Notes under the pieces: generated by a model
The model's database searches: none
Told to the model about the DNA's origin: nothing
Seen by the model: the letters and a program-made list of their open reading frames with translations, nothing else
NCBI GenBank assembly: GCA_965113315.1
Contig: OZ220365.1
DNA from: Podarcis vaucheri
Taxonomy: Eukaryota
Length of the DNA: 64,000 bases
Reading direction: 5' to 3' (one strand)
Shown here: one piece after another, positions 1-13,269 of the stretch
Position numbering within the stretch: the stretch's first letter is position 1
How the letters are laid out: each line of letters starts with the position of its first letter
Program-made: the position numbers and the translations under genes

Positions 1-123
1 CAGCTGGAACTTACAGGAATTCAGTTCCAGCACCTCTCAGGTGGTCGCCATTGCCATTATAAGAGAACAAAAGAGGCATTCATGGTGAGTTCCAGCACCT
101 CTTTTTCTAGAAAAATAACACTG
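1..123. mobile_element. Terminal fragment of a non-autonomous DNA transposon (hAT-like), cut by window edge
   Basis: Direct repeat GTTCCAGCACCTCT at ~24-37 and ~89-102, ending ...AGAAAAATAACACTG; the other end lies outside the window. Confidence 0.45.
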
Positions 124-134
124 CTGGTAGTGGG

Positions 135-490
135 TGGAGCCACAGGCAAATATGTGGGTGGGGCAAGGGGTGTGATTCTTGCCTTTGAGCCATAGACTAC
201 ATTCCAGTCTTGCAAAAGTAAGAGGTTTCTACATATGCCCAGACATCTCTCCTTCACTCTCCATCCAGCAAGAGCATCATCACTATTCAAAGGCACATGC
301 CAGCCAGGGAAAAACACTTGAAGAAGATATGGACCAATGGCAGGAAGAGGATGCAACCTGGGGAGAATGGATGCCTCCTGTTGAAGAGCACTGGCCTGGC
401 AAGAGCCCTGAGGACCAGATAAAGATGGCCTTTGGGCCCAAGTATCCACAACCCCACCCCCAACCCCCAGCCTTTGCCAAATTGTTGCCT
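135..490 (+). repeat. Degenerate dispersed repeat, related to 17530-17870
   Basis: Shares GAGGTTTCTACA...CATCTCT...AGCAAG...CCAGCCAGG(G)AAAAACACTTG with ~17678-17775. Boundaries approximate. Confidence 0.5.
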
Positions 491-714
491 TCCATATATT
501 TGGGAGTGCAAGTCCTATCAGTTCTAGTTGTAGTCTGGAGGGTGCCATGCTAGTTAAGGCTGTGTTAAAAACTGACTGGTTATCAGATAAGTACAGTACT
601 TACATGGTGGACCTCCTTGGGTGTCAGGGCAGTGTCACAAAGTATAATGCAATAAATGTAAAGCCCAAGTATATTATGAAGACAAGGCTACTTTGGAGGA
701 ACAAGGTGATAGAG

Positions 715-850
715 CAGGCTTCCTCAACCTCGGCCCTCCAGATGTTTTTGGCCTACAACTCCCATGATCCCTAGCTAGCCGGACCAGTGGTCAGGAATAA
801 TGGGAACCATAGTCTCAAAACATCTGGAGGGCCGAGGTTGAGGAAGCCTG
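715..850. mobile_element. hAT (Charlie/Buster-type) palindromic MITE
   Basis: Terminal inverted repeats (TIRs) CAGGCTTCCTCAACCTCGGCCCTCCAGATGTTTT / AAAACATCTGGAGGGCCGAGGTTGAGGAAGCCTG; 8-bp TSD TGATAGAG/TGCTAGAG. Confidence 0.9.
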
Positions 851-940
851 TGCTAGAGGTAGATCATTAGACTTCTGCTTTGTCTATTATTTGAAATCAC
901 TAAATGTCAAAGAGGCAAGGACTCATCCCAGTAGTAGAGG

Positions 941-1238
941 CACTGGTGGATAAACAGGTGTGTGGAGGGAGTGGACTGCTCCCGGCACCACTATTCTGGT
1001 AGGGTGCCATCATGGCGCCCCCCAGACATGTGCTGCACACACACACCCTGCACACCAGGTGCCACGCCCCCACAGGTGGCACGTCAGGCCCCAGAACGTG
1101 TGTTACACCCCTGCAGGCTGTGCGCCACGCCCTCGCAGGAGGTGTGCCACACCCATGTATGCCACGTCCCCCAGGGGTGCCAGCCACGCCCCCGCCTGTT
1201 CTCCACCCCCAGTAGCAGAGCATGCAGCTTCGCCACTG
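941..1238. mobile_element. hAT (Tip100-like) non-autonomous element
   Basis: Perfect 8-bp TSD AGTAGAGG (933-940, 1239-1246); decayed TIR CACTGGTGGA / TTCGCCACTG; GC-rich interior with repeated GCCACGCCC. Confidence 0.8.
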
Positions 1239-1603
1239 AGTAGAGGAGTGATGTCTGATGGGAGATCCCCACATCACAAACACCCTCCTTACATCTTGCA
1301 AGTTAAGTCACTCGAGTTCTGCAGCTTTTCATTATCCTTACTGGATCATGCTGGGATCCACCGTGTGCTATTGTGGTGACCACAGTGCAAGTTGATTGCA
1401 GCAATTTTCATCTCAGGCTCAAGCGCAGCCTCAGAATTTGGACAGGTTCGGTCAAGTCTTTGCTGGTGAGAAGAGCATCTAAACCCAACAGCTGGTTATG
1501 GTAGTGTTCAAGAGGCTTGGCATTAGTAGTCTAATTTACTTGAGGACATATGTAATCCTAACAGCTAACCACACAGAGACCCATTAAAACCAGCAGCAAT
1601 ATA

Positions 1604-1834
1604 CAGTGGTACCTCGCGTTAAGTACTTAATTCGTCCCGGAGGTTCTTAACCTGAAATTGTTCTTAACCTGAAGCACCACTTAGCTAATGGGGCCTCCCG
1701 CTGCGCCACTGGAGCATGATTTCTGTTCTCCTCCTGAAGCAAAGTTCTTAACCTGAGGTAATATTTCTGGGTTAGCGGAGTCTGTAACCTGAAGCATATG
1801 TAACCTGAAGCGTATGTAACCCGAGGTACCACTG
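1604..1834 (-). mobile_element. Tc1/mariner (pogo/Tigger-like) MITE, copy 1
   Basis: TA|CAGTGGTACCTCG ... CGAGGTACCACTG|TA; internal TAACCTGAAG repeats; reverse orientation relative to the other three copies. Confidence 0.92.
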
Positions 1835-3169
1835 TATTTTCAGTTAAAGCAACCCAAGCATATGACCTGATAAAATTCACTTGTCTTGAATTGTGTTGAT
1901 GAAACTAATGGGATTTACTTTCAAATAAATGTGACTAGGTTCAGAGTACCTGGCGCCACTTTTCCAGAGGGGAGGAAAAAAGAGGCATCTTCATGTTTGG
2001 TCTGATGATAGTATCTACCAAAAATAATAGAAAGGAGAAGTTATAATTAAAATAAATCTTAAAAGGACATTTGTAGGTCAAGTAAATAAAATAAATGTCT
2101 GTCACCTCAGGCTAAATTTAAACTGGTCTTATTTCAAACCCTTACTAAGTAAAACCTAAATATCCCCACTTGACGGGGGTGGGGCGGAAAGTTCCTTTGC
2201 CAAAATAATATAAACTGTAATAAAGGAATGAAATTTATTTGGATTTATATGCTTCTAAATGCAATATAAAAGAAGATGGTCTTAATTAGTGTCTGACAGA
2301 GACATGAAATGATATTAGGAGTGGTCAAGGATATAGGAAACTATTTTAAATATTCTTCACACTTTTAAAATGTCAGAGGGTTGAGACAAGCAATAAAATT
2401 TGAAAAACAGAAGCAGAAGAGACAAAAATAAAATGTAGACCTAATGCAAATAGTAATAGTATTTTCAACTTCTGGTAAAAGCAGGATTACTTCAGCTCGT
2501 ACTTTTTGTTGAAATCACTCCCATTTTCCACGGTCCCAGCTATTCCAATTTGCCTTGTGAGTGCAGAAGGAAAATACGTAAAGAAGCACAGTACAAGCAC
2601 TTCCATTTCAACTAATATCTGATTTTTTTTCAGTCCCATTTAGGCAGCCTTCAGATGAGTGCTGTGCCAAATGAGTGCTGAGGCTTCCATTTTTCTGCAT
2701 CTCTCTCAGTGTCCTTTCTTTAGAATTTCAGGGGCTGCGGGGTTGACCTTTTTTCATTCAGGAGCAGTAACCTTCTAGCAGCAGAGTCACTGCTGCTTAG
2801 TGGAAGGAGGGGTGAGGCAGCTGGGAGGTCTGAATGCATGCAGGCCCCAGTAGAGCCAGACTTGCATCCCAATTGGTGCGTTCATGTAGCCCGGACTTCT
2901 CTACCATTTCATTCCCCTGATGCAGCCCTTTGACAAACCTAAAATGCCATTAGAAAAATAAGGCTGGTACAGACCCTATGTGCAGTATAGGAGCATGGAT
3001 TGCACCCTGCCTGCACACCCCACAGCAGACAGCCATATATTAACTTTGCCAAAGATCTACATATTAAGCCCAACTTTTGTTGGCTTCACTATCCTGGTTC
3101 TGATACTTTTTTATTTGATTGTTAGGTTGGTCCCCCCTCCTCCATGCTTACAAACCTGAGCCCCTCCCC

Positions 3170-3417
3170 TAGTTCAGTCTCATCTTTGGAAACACATACC
3201 CAACTCCCTCAACCATTCCCCATAAGACTTGGTTTCCAGACCCTTTATCATCTTGGTTGCCCTCCTCTGCACGTGTTCCAGCTTGTCAATCTCCTTTTTA
3301 AATTGTGGCACCCAGAACTAGACACAGTATTACAAGTGTGGTCTGGCCAAGGCAGAATAGAGTGGTACTATTATTTCCCTTGCTCTTGACATTATACTTC
3401 TGTTGATGCAGTCTAGA
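3170..3417 (-). mobile_element. CR1 LINE ORF2 fragment, degenerate
   Basis: Reverse complement aligns by eye with the [23 protein letters not shown]...RRATKM region of the CR1 at ~43000-43200. Confidence 0.85.
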
Positions 3418-3916
3418 TCCCCCCAAATATTTAAAATGTTTCCCATTGTTTCCCTCCCATTGCAATGCCTTCTTTCAAAATGGGTCTAGCCTTTGAGCTC
3501 CAACAATCTGTTTAGCTGGGAAAGTGGGAATAGCTCACATCATGCTTGTTCACTTAACCTGCACATCTCGACTATGCCAACACACTGGGTTTGGTTTTGT
3601 TGAAACTTGGAAAGAAGCTAGGATTCATTGCAAATGAAGGCTTAATCTACTAAGCCAAAGCTGATGTTTGTTCATATTTGCTTAGGGGATCAACGGGGTG
3701 AGATTTGTGTAGATTGTATTAAAAGAATACCGACACGATTTGGAGCACTGGCTACATTTTCTCTCCATGTTGGTGTTGACGCTGGCATAACTCCAGTCAG
3801 ACAACTTGGTACTCCATTTCTGGCAGAGGTACCCATGATAATGCAAGACCAGTAGTAGTCAAGAGGCAATGGAAGTGAGTACATGGCATATACTGTAATG
3901 TAAGGACTGGTCCTAG

Positions 3917-4264
3917 GATGTGGGTGGCACTGTAGGTTAAACCACAGAGCCTAGGACTTGCCATCAGAAGGTCAGCGGTTCCAATCCCTGTGACGGGGTG
4001 AGCTCCCGTTGCTCGGTCCCTGCTCCTGCCAACCTAGCAGTTCAAAAGCATGTCAAAGTGCAAGTAGATTAATAGGTACCGCTCTGGCGGGAAGGTAAAC
4101 AGTGTTGCTGTGTGCTGCTCTGGTTCACCAGAAGTGGCTTAGTCATGCTGGCCACATGACCCGGAAGCTGTACGCCGGCTCCCTCGGCCAATAAAGCAAG
4201 ATGAGTGCGGCAACCCCAGAGTTGGCCACGACTGGACCTAATGGTCAGGGGTCCCTTTACCTTT
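3917..4264 (+). mobile_element. Sauria SINE, full length
   Basis: tRNA-like head, body shared with the other copies, CCTTTACCTTT tail; 16-bp TSD TAAGGACTGGTCCTAG (3901-3916, 4265-4280). Confidence 0.95.
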
Positions 4265-4410
4265 TAAGGACTGGTCCTAGCTTCCAAAATGTTCATTGTA
4301 GGCATAAAAGCATCTGGGTGAGCAAAGAGTCTATATAATTCTTTCCCTTTGGTGTGATCTGCTCCAGAGAACTGTGTAGAAATGTAATATGAAAAGGGTA
4401 TCTATGGATT

Positions 4411-4822
4411 TAGGAATGAGGGATAAATTCAGTTCAGTTTGCATTTAAAGGTGAATTTGCCTAATCAGCACTTTAAAAAAGCACACCATGCAGACCAAAA
4501 CACAGTCACCTTTTGAAATTTGCACTTATCTGAATTTTGTACAGGCAAGTAATAGGTACAAGAATACATGTACTATGGTATAAATGAAAATACGACACGA
4601 AAACTCTTTTTATGAGAGAAAGTTGCTTTGCAAAAAAATGTGTATGTTAGGAAAAAAAGCGTTTAAAATATGTACACTCAGGGTGAAATTGCATTGATGA
4701 ATTTTCATGAGGATTTTTTTAACTTTGAGATTGCAAGCTGATGTGAAATTATGAAAAAGCAAATTTAAGACTGGAAAAAGGACAACTGAGAGAAATTGAA
4801 ATTGACATATTTGCCAATCTCT
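4411..4822 (+). repeat. Old A-rich dispersed repeat, probable DNA-transposon relic; related inverted copy at ~43860-44183
   Basis: TAGGAATGAGGGA... start and TTTGAAATTTGCACTT / TTAAGACTGGAAAAA...AACTGAGA motifs recur reverse-complemented at 43.9-44.2 kb. Confidence 0.5.
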
Positions 4823-6627
4823 TTTTTGGATTATTTTTGTTTTTCTCTCCTATTGTTACTGTAGTTAACATTTGCTATCGCCAATCTCTTCTTGTGGCCA
4901 GCATTTCGTCTTATACTTTTGTAAATCCACTCTAGGGGAAAACTGTGTTTGAAGGAAAGGATAAAAAAAAAAATCTCTCAACGAGCAAGTAAATTAAATA
5001 TTCTGTGCTGATTTTTGCAAATGAACTGGAAATGAGATAATGTTGTTGGACGAATCCCTTTAAAAAATGAATCTAATAATACAGATGCAATAATTATATT
5101 GAATAGGCCAACTTCAGCTTCTTAAAATTTCATTTCTTTTCCCCATAAAGCTGAATTTATGAGGATGAACAAAAAAATTATGTAACACTTCAGGAACCTT
5201 TGTACGCAATTATTCAGCTGTGCCAGGAGGAAGAACAATTGTAGTCTCCTTCAGCTCACACTTACAGTATATATAATTCTGAAAGAACCACTGCTTTAAT
5301 ATGATTTAAAAGCTAACAGAACATGTCATTACTAATAAGACAGGGCAAAATATAGCATCAGCTCTATCAGTCCTGATTTATATGGAAAGATAACACTAAA
5401 CTCCAGTGAACAAGTCTCCTGCTTGCAATGGAGGGGAATCAAACCATGCTTTCCTAACAGTTCTAACTTACCAGGTCTACTGAGTTTTAGTGCAGAAAAC
5501 AATCACATGTACTGGCCTATTGGATAGGCTAAAGAAAATCAAGATGTTTCCTTGCGGAATTTGGTTTCTCTGAATTCTGTTATGAACTGAGCTTATACGC
5601 ATCTCCTTTGGATTTTGTACATGGATGACTTCTATTTTATCCTACTTTTACATGTGTAATGCTTCCCTGGAGACCATCTTTTGCAGGTTTTAAGGAACCC
5701 TGTGAACTTGCCATAGCCCCCGCACCAAAGCCAACACAATCATCTCAAAGAGCTTGTTTCTCATTCTTACTACTAGCCAACATTGCTCAATTTTAAAATA
5801 AGGACCAGAGATCATTACAACTTAACAGGCCACCAGTCATTACTAGAGCTGTGGCTGAAATTTGCCAGAAGCACAATTTGGATGGAATGCTGCAGTTTCC
5901 AAAACACATAATATTGTTCTAAAAATTGTGGCAGCTATATCAAAGAATACCATATTTTCATGGAATCTGCTTCACATTCATATGGAAGTAAATGGGAAAT
6001 TTCATTGGTTTGACACCTCACATTTTCTTCCAGTGCTTGTTTTCTTGCAGTAGCGATTTAACTTTTCCATCAACTCTTGAAATATCACTTTGGATACCAA
6101 GACTGCTTTAAGAGTTTGAACTTGAGATGAACATTACAAATGGAATATGTGGATTTGATATAAATGTTCAAGTGCAAGATTGAACCCAACAAGTTCCAAA
6201 CTTGATCTGGAAATTCTATGGCTCTCCCACAGACTATAGGACAGATTTCTCAGAGAAGAGGGTGAATGGACACAGATTACAAAATGCTGGGCATTACTTG
6301 ACTATGTACTACTACCTGTAGCCATCTACCTGTACCATCTACCTGTTGATAAGTAGTCAGGTTTCCTTTATACAACCCCCCAAAAAAACATTATATCTCG
6401 CAGCCACTGTGAATACCTCTACAATTTTCCTTCATAATCATTTTTCCTTTAATAAAGGTTCCTGCTATAAAAATGCATCTGAGGTTCTTCCTGACATACC
6501 TCAGTCCACTTCTTTTTAGATCACAGAATTCACAGTGTTTTTCTCTAATTTGCTTTTAATTTATTTTCGCAATCCATGAGGGGATTGACATGTGCAAACC
6601 TGTTTCTCTGCATGAGTTCTACTTAAA

Positions 6628-6971
6628 AAAGGTAAAGGACCCCTGACAGTTAAGTCCAGTTGCGAATGACTCTGGGGTTGCGGCGCTCATCTCGCTTTAC
6701 TGGCTGAGGGAGCCAGCGTTTGTCCGCAGACAGTTTTTCTGAGTCATGTGGCCAGCATGACTAAGCCACTTCTGGCGAACCAGAGCAGCACACAGAAATG
6801 CCGTTTACCTTCCCGCCGGAGCGGCACCTATTTATCTACTTGCACTTTGATGTGCTTTGGAACTGCTAGGTTGGCAGGAGCTGGGACTGAGCAACAGGAG
6901 CTCACCCTGTCACGGGGATTCGTCGCGGGAGCTCACCCCGTCACAGTGGCTTAGACCACAGTGCAACCCGC
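6628..6971 (-). mobile_element. Sauria SINE with rearranged head
   Basis: AAAGGTAAAGGACCCCTG tail on the left; body matches other copies; head carries a duplication and deletion at ~6897-6945. Confidence 0.92.
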
Positions 6972-9384
6972 TTACTCGGGCTATAAGGTTTATGATATGC
7001 AGTCACAGTTTTCATAAAATGTCTGTCAAATGAGCACACTTCTTCTTTCTATGTGTTGGTAAAATGAGCCACATCGGAGCGATCAAGGGCTACTTAAAGT
7101 GACACAACTCAGTTATCCTCCACTACAATTATGTGGGGTCAAGTTCCAGCACAGAAAGCATATGTTGGTAAGGTTATACGAGGACATCTTTGGGAATGAT
7201 GAGATGTTATGGAAATTAGAAGGAGAACTGTGGAACTGGTCCGGAGCCAGATGTTTGAAATAAATCAGCAGCTGTAAAAAATTAGCAGAAAGACCAGGGA
7301 GGGGTGATATTGTACTGTTTCCATTGTGAGATTCAGAAGCCACAGAATACTTCCCATCACTGGTTGAAACTGGGGGGTTCTTTAAGCCAGGTAAACATAC
7401 CATAGGAAAGGCTGGTCAGTGTTTCATTATGCCATAATGATTCTGTGCACAAAGAATATGCTTTGTGCTATTTGTGATAGAAGCAAAAGCTTTTTCTTTT
7501 CTTTTCTTTTCTTATCTTTTTTTTTTTTTTTTTTTTTTGGTCTGTGTAGCAGTACTCCCTGATAAAGAGCACAGGCAGCTCTCTTTTTGCTGCTCCTGGG
7601 AGCCATTTTGTGCTGGCACCAACAGCACTTTGATAATATGAGTGTCACCACCTCATTTATTCTACGAAAGAGCACTGATAAAAGCACAAACATTTATATA
7701 TGAAAGACTGAAATATGGTTGTTATTAGGAACATATGAATGCACCTCAATCCAGTCCAATATTCATTTGCACTTTCATCTGTTATTTTCCATTCTGCTGC
7801 AATTGGTTTATTTTGAACAAGTCTGTGTTCCATTTTGTTGTGTGCTGATTTGGAAATATACGTATTGTAAAATGTATTATTATTTTTTACATAGCACACA
7901 GCAGACACACAAACCTCAGCCATCAACAGATATTTTCAAATCAATTACTTTCCCTGATTGTTCCCTTTCAAAGTTAATGAAGTAGCTAACAGTCCATCTG
8001 AAAGCCATCTATGGCTGCAACTGCTAGCCTTTCAGTAAATGTGCAGTTGCTGTTTACTGAGAAGGGTGAGGGCTAGGAAGATCAGTGTTTGTGCAGGTTC
8101 ACTGGTAGCCAATCTGGGGCTCTCACTGCCCATAAGTGGTAGTGACACACAAGCTGGCATTGTAGCTCTACCCTGGGTTTTGCAGGCCCAGTTTGCACTT
8201 ACTTCTTCATTGGCATTAATGAGAAGTTCCATCCCAGGGCTAATAGCAGTCTATTACAGAACAGTTTTCAGCAGGAACATTTTATGCGTGAACTAGTTAG
8301 CTCCCTCTCCCCATGTAGGGTGGTCCAGATTGTCATTCTTCCCTGTCACAGTTGCTATAACAAGCATCAGACATGTTAAATGTGCACAGATATTGTCTAG
8401 TTTGGCCCTGAGTCAAGCAAATCCATCTACCCAGCTTTTAAGAAAGGGAAGATAGACTTTCTCAAAATATTTACTTGAAAGAAAGATCTAATGAAATCAA
8501 GTGTACTTATTTCCAATTATAAATGTGTATTGCGGTAAAGAGAATGCTGAAGTAAGTGGTATGAACAGATATACTAAATCAAAGATAATTTCATTGTGGC
8601 ACCGTAATTGGACAGAATTGGACAGATTGTTCAACAAAGATATTGATCTTTTCTTTTGACCTGCACTGCATGGCAAATCATTTTTGAAAGACGAGAGTTT
8701 CAGAAACAATAATTCAAAGGCAGGATTCTGGTGGTTTGCCTATATTTCTCAATGAGACTTGTAATCAAGTGTTAACCCTAAAAAATGTGACTTTGATAGC
8801 TCTTGCTTTATAGACCTTTTGTGTACTGTTGCAGAACTTGGGAAAGGGAAAGAAGAAATGCTCTTTGGCTAGGAAATTCCTATCATATGCCTTGGGGATG
8901 TGATTCCTTTATAGATGGGTTGACTTTCAAATGGATGCCTCTACTACTTACCTGCTTTCAAAAGGTACAAATGCTAGTACATGCCTTTATGGTACACAGG
9001 GATGTGCTTTTGATATTTAAGAGATGCCAAAAATATCTTACAGCTATGCATATATAGCTACTCTGCCAGATATAGGAAAGCTATGGATCTATTTTCTTAT
9101 TTATTTCCAATATTTATAGACTGTGATGGTCACAAAGTGGGTTATACAACCATCAATCAAATCATACAGTGTTTATAACAAACAAAACCACAGGGAGAAA
9201 CATAGGTTCAATAAACAGGCATGGCACAACTGAAGTTAAAGTGACTTCTGAAACAGAAAGGACTTCATCAAGTGCTTGAAGTTATTATTATTATTTCATT
9301 ATTAATTTCATCCATGAAATGCTTCCTATGAGGAATCCCAAAGTGATTTCATTGTGGTTTAAAATGTATAAAACAGTTACATAT

Positions 9385-9682
9385 ATTTTATTTATTTATA
9401 AAAAATATTTTATACTGCTATCTCATAAAAATATCAAAGTGGTTCACAATATCAAATAGGTTTACAATAAAGATACATAAAACCATATAATTAGAGAGAG
9501 AGAGTTTAAAAACAACAACACAATGCAGGCATAACATCAAATCAAATCGTATATAGATACCAACTGAGATACCTGGATCTCCCATTAGAGAGAACAGCTT
9601 TAGCGGGTACCAGAAAGACAACAGAGAAGGCTCTTTGATATATAATGGGAGGGAGATCCAAAGAGCAGGTGCCACTACATAG
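9385..9682 (-). mobile_element. L2 LINE 3' end, degenerate
   Basis: (TTTA)n tail at left; minus-strand translation VVAPALWISLPLYIKE resembles the L2 C-terminal AP.LWNSLP motif. Confidence 0.65.
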
Positions 9683-11932
9683 AATAATTTAGTGATCAGT
9701 TGGGTATGTAGGAGATGAGATCTGTTAGGTGTAAAGTTCAGTATTATGGTCAACGTTTTTTGTTTGTTTGTTTGACCATAATAGCAGAATATCACCATGC
9801 CCTACTACTGGAGACATTTTTACACACAAACATGTTGTAGTTGTGTTACTCATGTACAGGACATGATGATAAAATGTACCACTTTAATATTTATGTTTCA
9901 CATCCATAACAGATAATACACAGTGGAATTTGTTCCAGAGTCGATTTCCCAGGGCATATTGCCAAGGAAAGCTTGACTGAAAATAATTGGAGAAAGACTG
10001 CTGTTTCATTTCTAAACTATTCATTTGTTTTCAACGTCTCCACTCCAACTTTGGCATTTTCCCCTCTTTGTATAGTTTGGCATACGTATTTTTTTTAGCA
10101 TAAAAAACTCCTTTGAGCACTTTTCATTAACATCTGTTGTCACGGTTAAATGCTATCTGTCAGGCTCAAAACAATAAACTGTTTGGAAATAAGTTCAGAA
10201 TAATAGAAGTTGAATGCTGGAGATTTTAATCAACAACTTGCTTCTGTGTCCTGCAAGATCTGCTATAAGATAACAAGATCTGGAAAGCCTGAAGGCATTC
10301 CTGCTAAGTTCTCCAAAATATAATAATAACCTAAAAACAGGCTTAAATGTCACTAACTCTTTTATCCCTTTCGTTCTCAAGTAATACGAAGTTAACCTAT
10401 CAGACCAATGGATCTGTTACAAGATGCCCAGTGCTCACAAATAAGTTTAGTTTTCTTACTAGGAGTAAGTCAATGCACTCTGATGATAAACTTTAATGCT
10501 GGTGTTTGCGACTCTTCCGGTCATGGACTGCCTACCACGTGCAAAACTGAATTCATTATGGCAGATGACTTCAAAGTTTTCCAAAATAAGGGTTCTATGT
10601 GAACTGGGGGCTTGACTAATTTAAATTCAAAATCCAAGCCAGAGAACAATTTACACCCTGCTAATTTTCACCCATTCCCCGAAGTCCTAATCATCTCCAA
10701 TAGCCTGTCTGCTTCCTACCCAACAAAATTCTGCATTCCCTTCATTAACCTCAGCGGTGGAGAATCTCAGGCCCAGCAGCCCAATGTGATGTGACATTCT
10801 GTATTTATTGCATTTCCCCCCGTAAGTAGAGCTGACAGCCAAAATTTGCTTCATGTGAAAACCAAGGTGAATTTGTTGGCTCTTGCCTGGGAAACAGTTG
10901 ACATTTTTTTTCAGGGGAAATAGAAAGACAGACTTGATAAGATCAGTAAAGTTTTTAAGGAAGGCTCCATACACCCTAAAAGAGTTTTTACAAAACAAAT
11001 GAAATTTCCCAGTCATGTTTTTACCTTCAGTCTAGGTCACTGCTGTTTTCATTTTATAAGCAGTGACTTGTCAAATGGGGAACCTGTAGCTCTCCGGGTG
11101 GTAGTGGACTCCAACACTCATCAGTTCCAGCAACCATGGTCCATTTTCAGGGATGACAGGATTTTCCCCATCCCTGAAGAAACATAAATGGGACTTTAAA
11201 CCAGCATATCTAGATTGTCAGTCATTGGCTTTTTCAGTGCTTACATTTTCTTAAATGGTGGCGTAAAAAAGCATGAAGCAAGAATAAGGCCTACACACAC
11301 ACACACGTCAGAATGTAATATTCTAGTTAGTTCTTACATTCTAAGGGCATTTATATGGTGTCTGAATGGACATTTATAACACTTGTGATGTAAGAAGAAA
11401 ACTGCCCCAATACAAGCGCTCTAGCCTGCCGCTTAATCCTGCTGAGATAACTAAATTCCACAGAGCATGCCCTCAGTATTCACAGCATACTGCTCACTCA
11501 GGGTATGGCCATATACTCAGCAATGGATTAAATCAGCTAAGCATTCAGCAACTTTTAACAATAGCTCACAATGGAGAAAGCGGCATGTTTGGTCAGAGCT
11601 CAGCTTTTGACTGAGTTTTGTTTCCATTTGAAACAACCCCAATTGCACCTGCTAACGAAGCAGGCTTCTTGCAGTAAAGATGATTGCAATATTTATTTAC
11701 ATAGGTCTACAGCACCTTTTTTTTTTAGACTCAGTTATCCCATGTTGCTTAGTTTGCTACTTCAGTTCAATTTAGCATTTCAGGTGGGGGAAATATCAGG
11801 GCTGTATTCCAGGGCTGTGTGTGCCACCCTTCAAATTAGTGAGTTTATGCTGGTGTTACTCCCAGTTTTATTTATTTTCTGGAAGGCCATACAATCAGGT
11901 ATTAGCAAACTTATAAATGTGTATTATCAGTA

Positions 11933-12163
11933 CAGTGGTAGCTCAGGTTGCAGACGCTTCAGGTTACAGACACTTCAGGTGACAGACTCCGCTAACCCAG
12001 AAATAGTACCTCGGTTTAAGAACTTTGCTTCAGGATGAGAACAGAAATCGTGCGGCAGCAGCAGGAGGCCCCATTAGCTAAAGTGGTGCTTCAGGTTAAG
12101 AACAGTTTCAGGTTAGGAACGGACCTCCGGAACGAATTAAGTTCTTAACCTGAGGTACCACTG
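11933..12163 (+). mobile_element. Tc1/mariner (pogo/Tigger-like) MITE, copy 2
   Basis: TA|CAGTGGTAGCTCAGGTT ... AACCTGAGGTACCACTG|TA. Confidence 0.92.
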
Positions 12164-13269
12164 TACCAATGATCAGTTCTACTAAGATTCTTGCTTAAAG
12201 TTTCCACAATAAAAAACGGGGGTGGGTGGGAACCTAGATGCAGAAGAGCTAAAATAACTGTCCAGGCCTGTTTCAGTCATCATCACAACATTTTTAAACA
12301 ACAAGAACAAAATGTGTTTTCTTAATGTGTTGGGGGAGAGATTGAATATTTATTAGAAGAGACACAGAATGAGCCAAAGAAGCAGACCTGCATCAGGCAA
12401 GCTAGATTTTTCTCAGGAGGAAGCTGATGTCCCCAACCAAAGAGGTCAGGAAACAGTAGGCTTCTTTGTCTGGGAATCGCTCTGCTAAGCAAGCTTCTGT
12501 ACTCTGTAAGCACTGCTGGGTGACAACCACAAGTGAATGGCTACTTAGAGAGTTTTGCTTGCTGTGCCATGGAAAATGAGGTTCAGCACTTGTCTGTACT
12601 CAGAGTTAAACACAGGTAAATCCTTTGCTGACTGTGGTTGATTGGTACCAGAAACAGAACTGTTTGTATTTATTGTAAAATAATTTCAACCCTCAAAAGC
12701 CCCCTTACAATGAAACAAAAACGAATAAAATCTAACAAGGCCCCTGAAGTTGAACAGAGTGGGCAAGCGGGATCACATGGAGAGAGGCATTTCTAATCCC
12801 AAAACCATTTATGGCTTTATCGATAAGAACTAGCACATTTAGTTGTGTCCAGAAATGAACTAGAAGCTTAGGCAGGTGGAGTTAGAACTGCAGTGATCTG
12901 TTCGAAAAGGTGGGCTCCATAAAACAGTCCAGCTGCCGCATTTTGCATGAGCTGAAGCTTCCAAATGCTTTTCAAAGGCAGTTCTACATATATCGCATGT
13001 GGATGTGTAGGAAGGCACCATTTCCCATTCTGCCTTCTATTGTTTCTGTTCCACTGCTGTTCATCTTCTGTCCCAAACTACATTATTCGTCTTGGTGTCC
13101 GCCATGGCGAAATTAGTATAAAAGCTTTTTCTAAAGCTTGCAGTGTTCCAGGTTTTGAAACGAGGGTTCCTTCCAAATCCACATACAGTAAATACTGTAT
13201 GGATAAATGAACTTGGAGTCGATTCCACGTCCCAAGGCTTTTTCAAAAAGTGGATGTATTGCTCTAGGA

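Noticed and set aside
7113-7403. 96-aa minus-strand ORF, or a plus-strand exon ending at CAG|GTAAAC
   Set aside because: No recognisable protein, no matching acceptor, and the plus frame I checked has a stop.
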